The translations under genes were made by a program, and so were the position numbers. A stretch of 11,399 nt of DNA from assembly GCF_006345805.1 (NCBI RefSeq), contig NW_021826995.1:1-11399 (forward strand), written 5' to 3'. Below, piece after piece: positions 9,050 through 11,399 of this stretch. Position 1 is the first letter of the stretch; each line of letters opens with the position of its first letter. Source of the DNA: Octopus sinensis. Lineage: Eukaryota. The notes beneath the pieces were generated by a model. That model ran no database searches, had not been told where the DNA came from, and saw nothing but the letters and a program-made list of their open reading frames with translations.

Positions 9050-9571
9050 TGTGTATCATAAGTTGAAGACGGGAAGGATGACTTCCCTTTGCAAATACTG
9101 ACAGGACACAGAAAGTGTGTCTATGGCCAGCTGGAGGGTTGTGTCCTCCTGGGGCTAAAAACTACAGTAACATCCACCCTTAGGGGTTAGCCATATTGAA
9201 ATGGCAAAAATACGTCACGAGGTGTTACCGCTACTGTATATAACTCACTTTGATATTTATCATTGTTTGATTTCACTTTTTCAATATCAGCGACAGTGGG
9301 CGCTGGAAAAAGTATAAGTATTTGTGAAGGAAATCTAATTCTCGGCGACAACTATGATTGTCACACGCTGACGAGAGGTCAATACCTCGAAACTCGAGTC
9401 CGTGTGTATCATAAGTTGAAGACGGGAAGGATGACTTCCCTTTGCAAATACTGACAGGACACAGAAAGTGTGTCTATGGCCAGCTGGAGGAGTGTGTCCT
9501 CCTGGGGCTAAAAACTACAGTAGCATCCACCCTTAGTGGTTAGCCATATTGAAATGGCAAAAATACGTCAC
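9050..9571 (+). mobile_element. Candidate non-LTR retrozyme: ~1.5 monomers of a 353-nt hammerhead-containing repeat
   Basis: 169-bp direct repeats at 9050-9218 and 9403-9571 (4 differences, 165/169), period 353; a hammerhead sits at the monomer junction; no ORF; both flanks are microsatellite. Confidence 0.85.
9349..9418 (+). ncRNA. Minimal type I hammerhead ribozyme
   Basis: Stem I CACACG 9362-9367 / CGUGUG 9401-9406, extended by UAUGAU/AUCAUA and CAAC/GUUG; core CUGACGA 9368-9374; stem II GAGG/CCUC with loop UCAAUA; GAAA 9389-9392; stem III AC-UCGA-GU; cleavage triplet GUC 9398-9400. Confidence 0.93.
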
Positions 9572-9685
9572 TATATATATATATATATATGAATATACAT
9601 ATATATATATGTATATATATATATATATGAATATACATATATATATATGTATATATATATATATGAATATACATATTTATATATA
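9572..9685. repeat. (TA)n microsatellite with ~36-38-bp higher-order periodicity
   Basis: GAATATACAT recurs at 9591, 9629 and 9665. Confidence 0.85.
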
Positions 9686-10085
9686 CTCTTTTACTTGTTT
9701 CAGTAATTTGACTGCGGCCATGCTGGAGCACCGCCTTTAGTCAAGCAAATCGACCCCGGGACTTATTCTTTGTAAGCTCAGTACTTATTCTATCGGTGTC
9801 TTTTTGCCGAAACGCTAAGTGACGGGGACGTAATCACACTCGAGCATCGGTTGTCAAGCAATGCTAGGGGGACAAACACAGACACACAAACACACCCACG
9901 CATATCTATATATACATATATACGACGGGCTTCTTTCAGTTTCCGTCTACCAAATCCACTCACAAGGCTTTGGTCGGCCTGAGGCTATAGTAGAAAACAC
10001 TTGCCCAAGATGCTACGCATTGGGACTGAACCCGGAACGATGAGGTTGGTAAACAAGCTACTTACCACACAGCCACTCCTACGCC
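9686..10085 (-). mobile_element. tRNA-type SINE (family B), full-length, ~400 bp
   Basis: Starts GGCGTAGGAGTGGCTGTGTGGT (A box 10064-10075), B box GGGTTCAGTCCC (10022-10033), short internal microsatellite, ends CAAGTAAAAGAG; TA runs on both sides. Confidence 0.9.
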
Positions 10086-10126
10086 TATTATATATATATA
10101 TATGTATGTATTGTATATAATATATG

Positions 10127-10165
<39 letters not shown>

Positions 10166-10220
10166 TATATATAATATATATATATACGTATATATATATA
10201 TATGTGTGTGTGTGTGCATA
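10086..10220. repeat. (TA)n then (GT)n microsatellite
   Basis: Directly visible. Confidence 0.93.
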
Positions 10221-10333
10221 TGTGGGTACGAGACGTGAGCAACTGTGTAAACAACATGAAATATGTTGAAAAACGAGTTAAATACGTAAACGAGAGAAAA
10301 AACGGAAAAGGGTCATGTAAACACAGAAAAAGG

Positions 10334-10396
10334 ACCCTTCATCAGTTGTCGGCTTTCTAGCTACTCCTCGTTTCGAGCATTCAACGACAATACGAG
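10334..10396 (-). other. Hammerhead-like motif set in non-canonical order (putative)
   Basis: The minus strand reads CTCGTA-TTGTCG-(6 nt)-GCTC-GAAA-CGAG-(15 nt)-CGACAA-CTGATGA-AGGGT. Stem I (6 bp) and stem III (5 bp) are perfectly placed; stem II is weak. Confidence 0.35.
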
Positions 10397-10697
10397 TCTT
10401 CAATTACAGTTGCTCCCATAAATTCTAAAATAAAATTTAGGATTTATGGAGAACAACAGTTGGGAAGAAAAACAGGACAGTGGAGACATACAAGGAAACC
10501 GAACGTAAACAAGCATGGAGGGGTCTTTAGACCAGAATGAGAGGAAAATGGTGAGCGCTGGGAGAAATATTTTCTTCGAAAACAGAAAAGATAGAAGAGA
10601 GGGATAAAAAATGTCCAGTCTTTTGAACGTCCGTGCAGGAAAAGAAAGATGGTTACAAGACCAAAGGAAAGATGGACGATGGTCACCTGTGAGCAAC

Positions 10698-10840
10698 GAG
10701 AGAGAGAGAAAGATAAAGAGAAAGAGAGAGAGAGAGAAAGATAAAGAGAAAGAGAGAGAGAGAGAGAGCGAGAGAACAGTGAAAGAGGGAGAGAGAGAGG
10801 GAGAAAAGAGATTTAGAAGAGGACGGAAAAAGAAAACAGT
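10698..10840. repeat. (GA)n-rich polypurine tract
   Basis: Directly visible; explains the ERER-rich ORF 10611-10844. Confidence 0.9.
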
Positions 10841-10906
10841 GTAGAGTAGAATCGCTCAAAATGTGAAGATAAACTTACTTGGAAATGGATGCGAAGCGTT
10901 CAATTA

Positions 10907-10944
<38 letters not shown>

Positions 10945-11200
10945 CCATATATATATATAATATTATTTATATATATACTTATATATAATATATATATATA
11001 TATAAATATATAAATATATATATTATATAATTATATATATATATATAGATTATATATATATTATATATGTATATATATATGTATAGATATATATATATAA
11101 TATACACACACATATATATATATATATGTTTAATCTATATATATGGGTAATATGTTTATAACATATATACATATGTGATGTATATATGTATATTGTATAT
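10907..11200. repeat. (AAT)11 followed by degenerate (TA)n
   Basis: AAT run at 10907-10939, then TA-rich low-complexity sequence. Confidence 0.92.
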
Positions 11201-11399
11201 CCCAGGGACAGAGGCGTTATAGCCCAATAGATCTTCAATTATATTATCAACAGAACAACAAATCTATATTAGTAAACAATGGGGAAAAAAATCAGAAATC
11301 TAGGTGAAGGGGAAAAACCAGCAGAAAAATCATTATATTATGATGTTTCCAGGTTATCTTTTAATGGAAAAATCCTATTATATACATACAAATAAATGC

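Noticed and set aside
9050-9571. TRIM/LTR mini-retrotransposon (TG...CA 169-bp direct repeats around 184 bp)
   Set aside because: No primer-binding site, polypurine tract or 4-6-bp TSD on either strand; the hammerhead at the junction explains the structure better as a partial tandem.
10409-10457. Imperfect ~20-bp AT-rich hairpin as an intrinsic terminator or pre-miRNA
   Set aside because: Eukaryotic context, low stability and no expression evidence; it is only relevant if the adjacent hammerhead-like motif proves real.

Overview
Eukaryotic, AT-rich, microsatellite-dense non-coding DNA. It is most likely an octopus (coleoid cephalopod) intron or intergenic region; this is inferred from the recalled look of the repeats, not from a search. 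No host protein-coding gene is supported, and most ORF-track entries are microsatellite or antisense artefacts. The window is a mosaic of mobile elements: (1) a non-autonomous DNA transposon with 29-bp TIRs and an 8-bp TSD whose interior is tandemly amplified and carries TTAGGG motifs (1207-2510); (2) a 5'-truncated RTE-clade LINE on the minus strand (3097-5032), whose RT contains an in-line C4HC3 PHD-type finger hidden from the ORF track by two 1-nt frameshifts; (3) an 11-unit and a 2-unit head-to-tail multimer of a tRNA-type SINE, each with its own TSD; (4) two inverted copies of a second SINE; and (5) the top finding, a 353-nt-period repeat (9050-9571) containing a complete minimal type I hammerhead ribozyme (core 9362-9406), i.e. 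a candidate non-LTR retrozyme and circular-RNA source. A second set of hammerhead motifs in a non-canonical order lies on the minus strand at 10334-10396.
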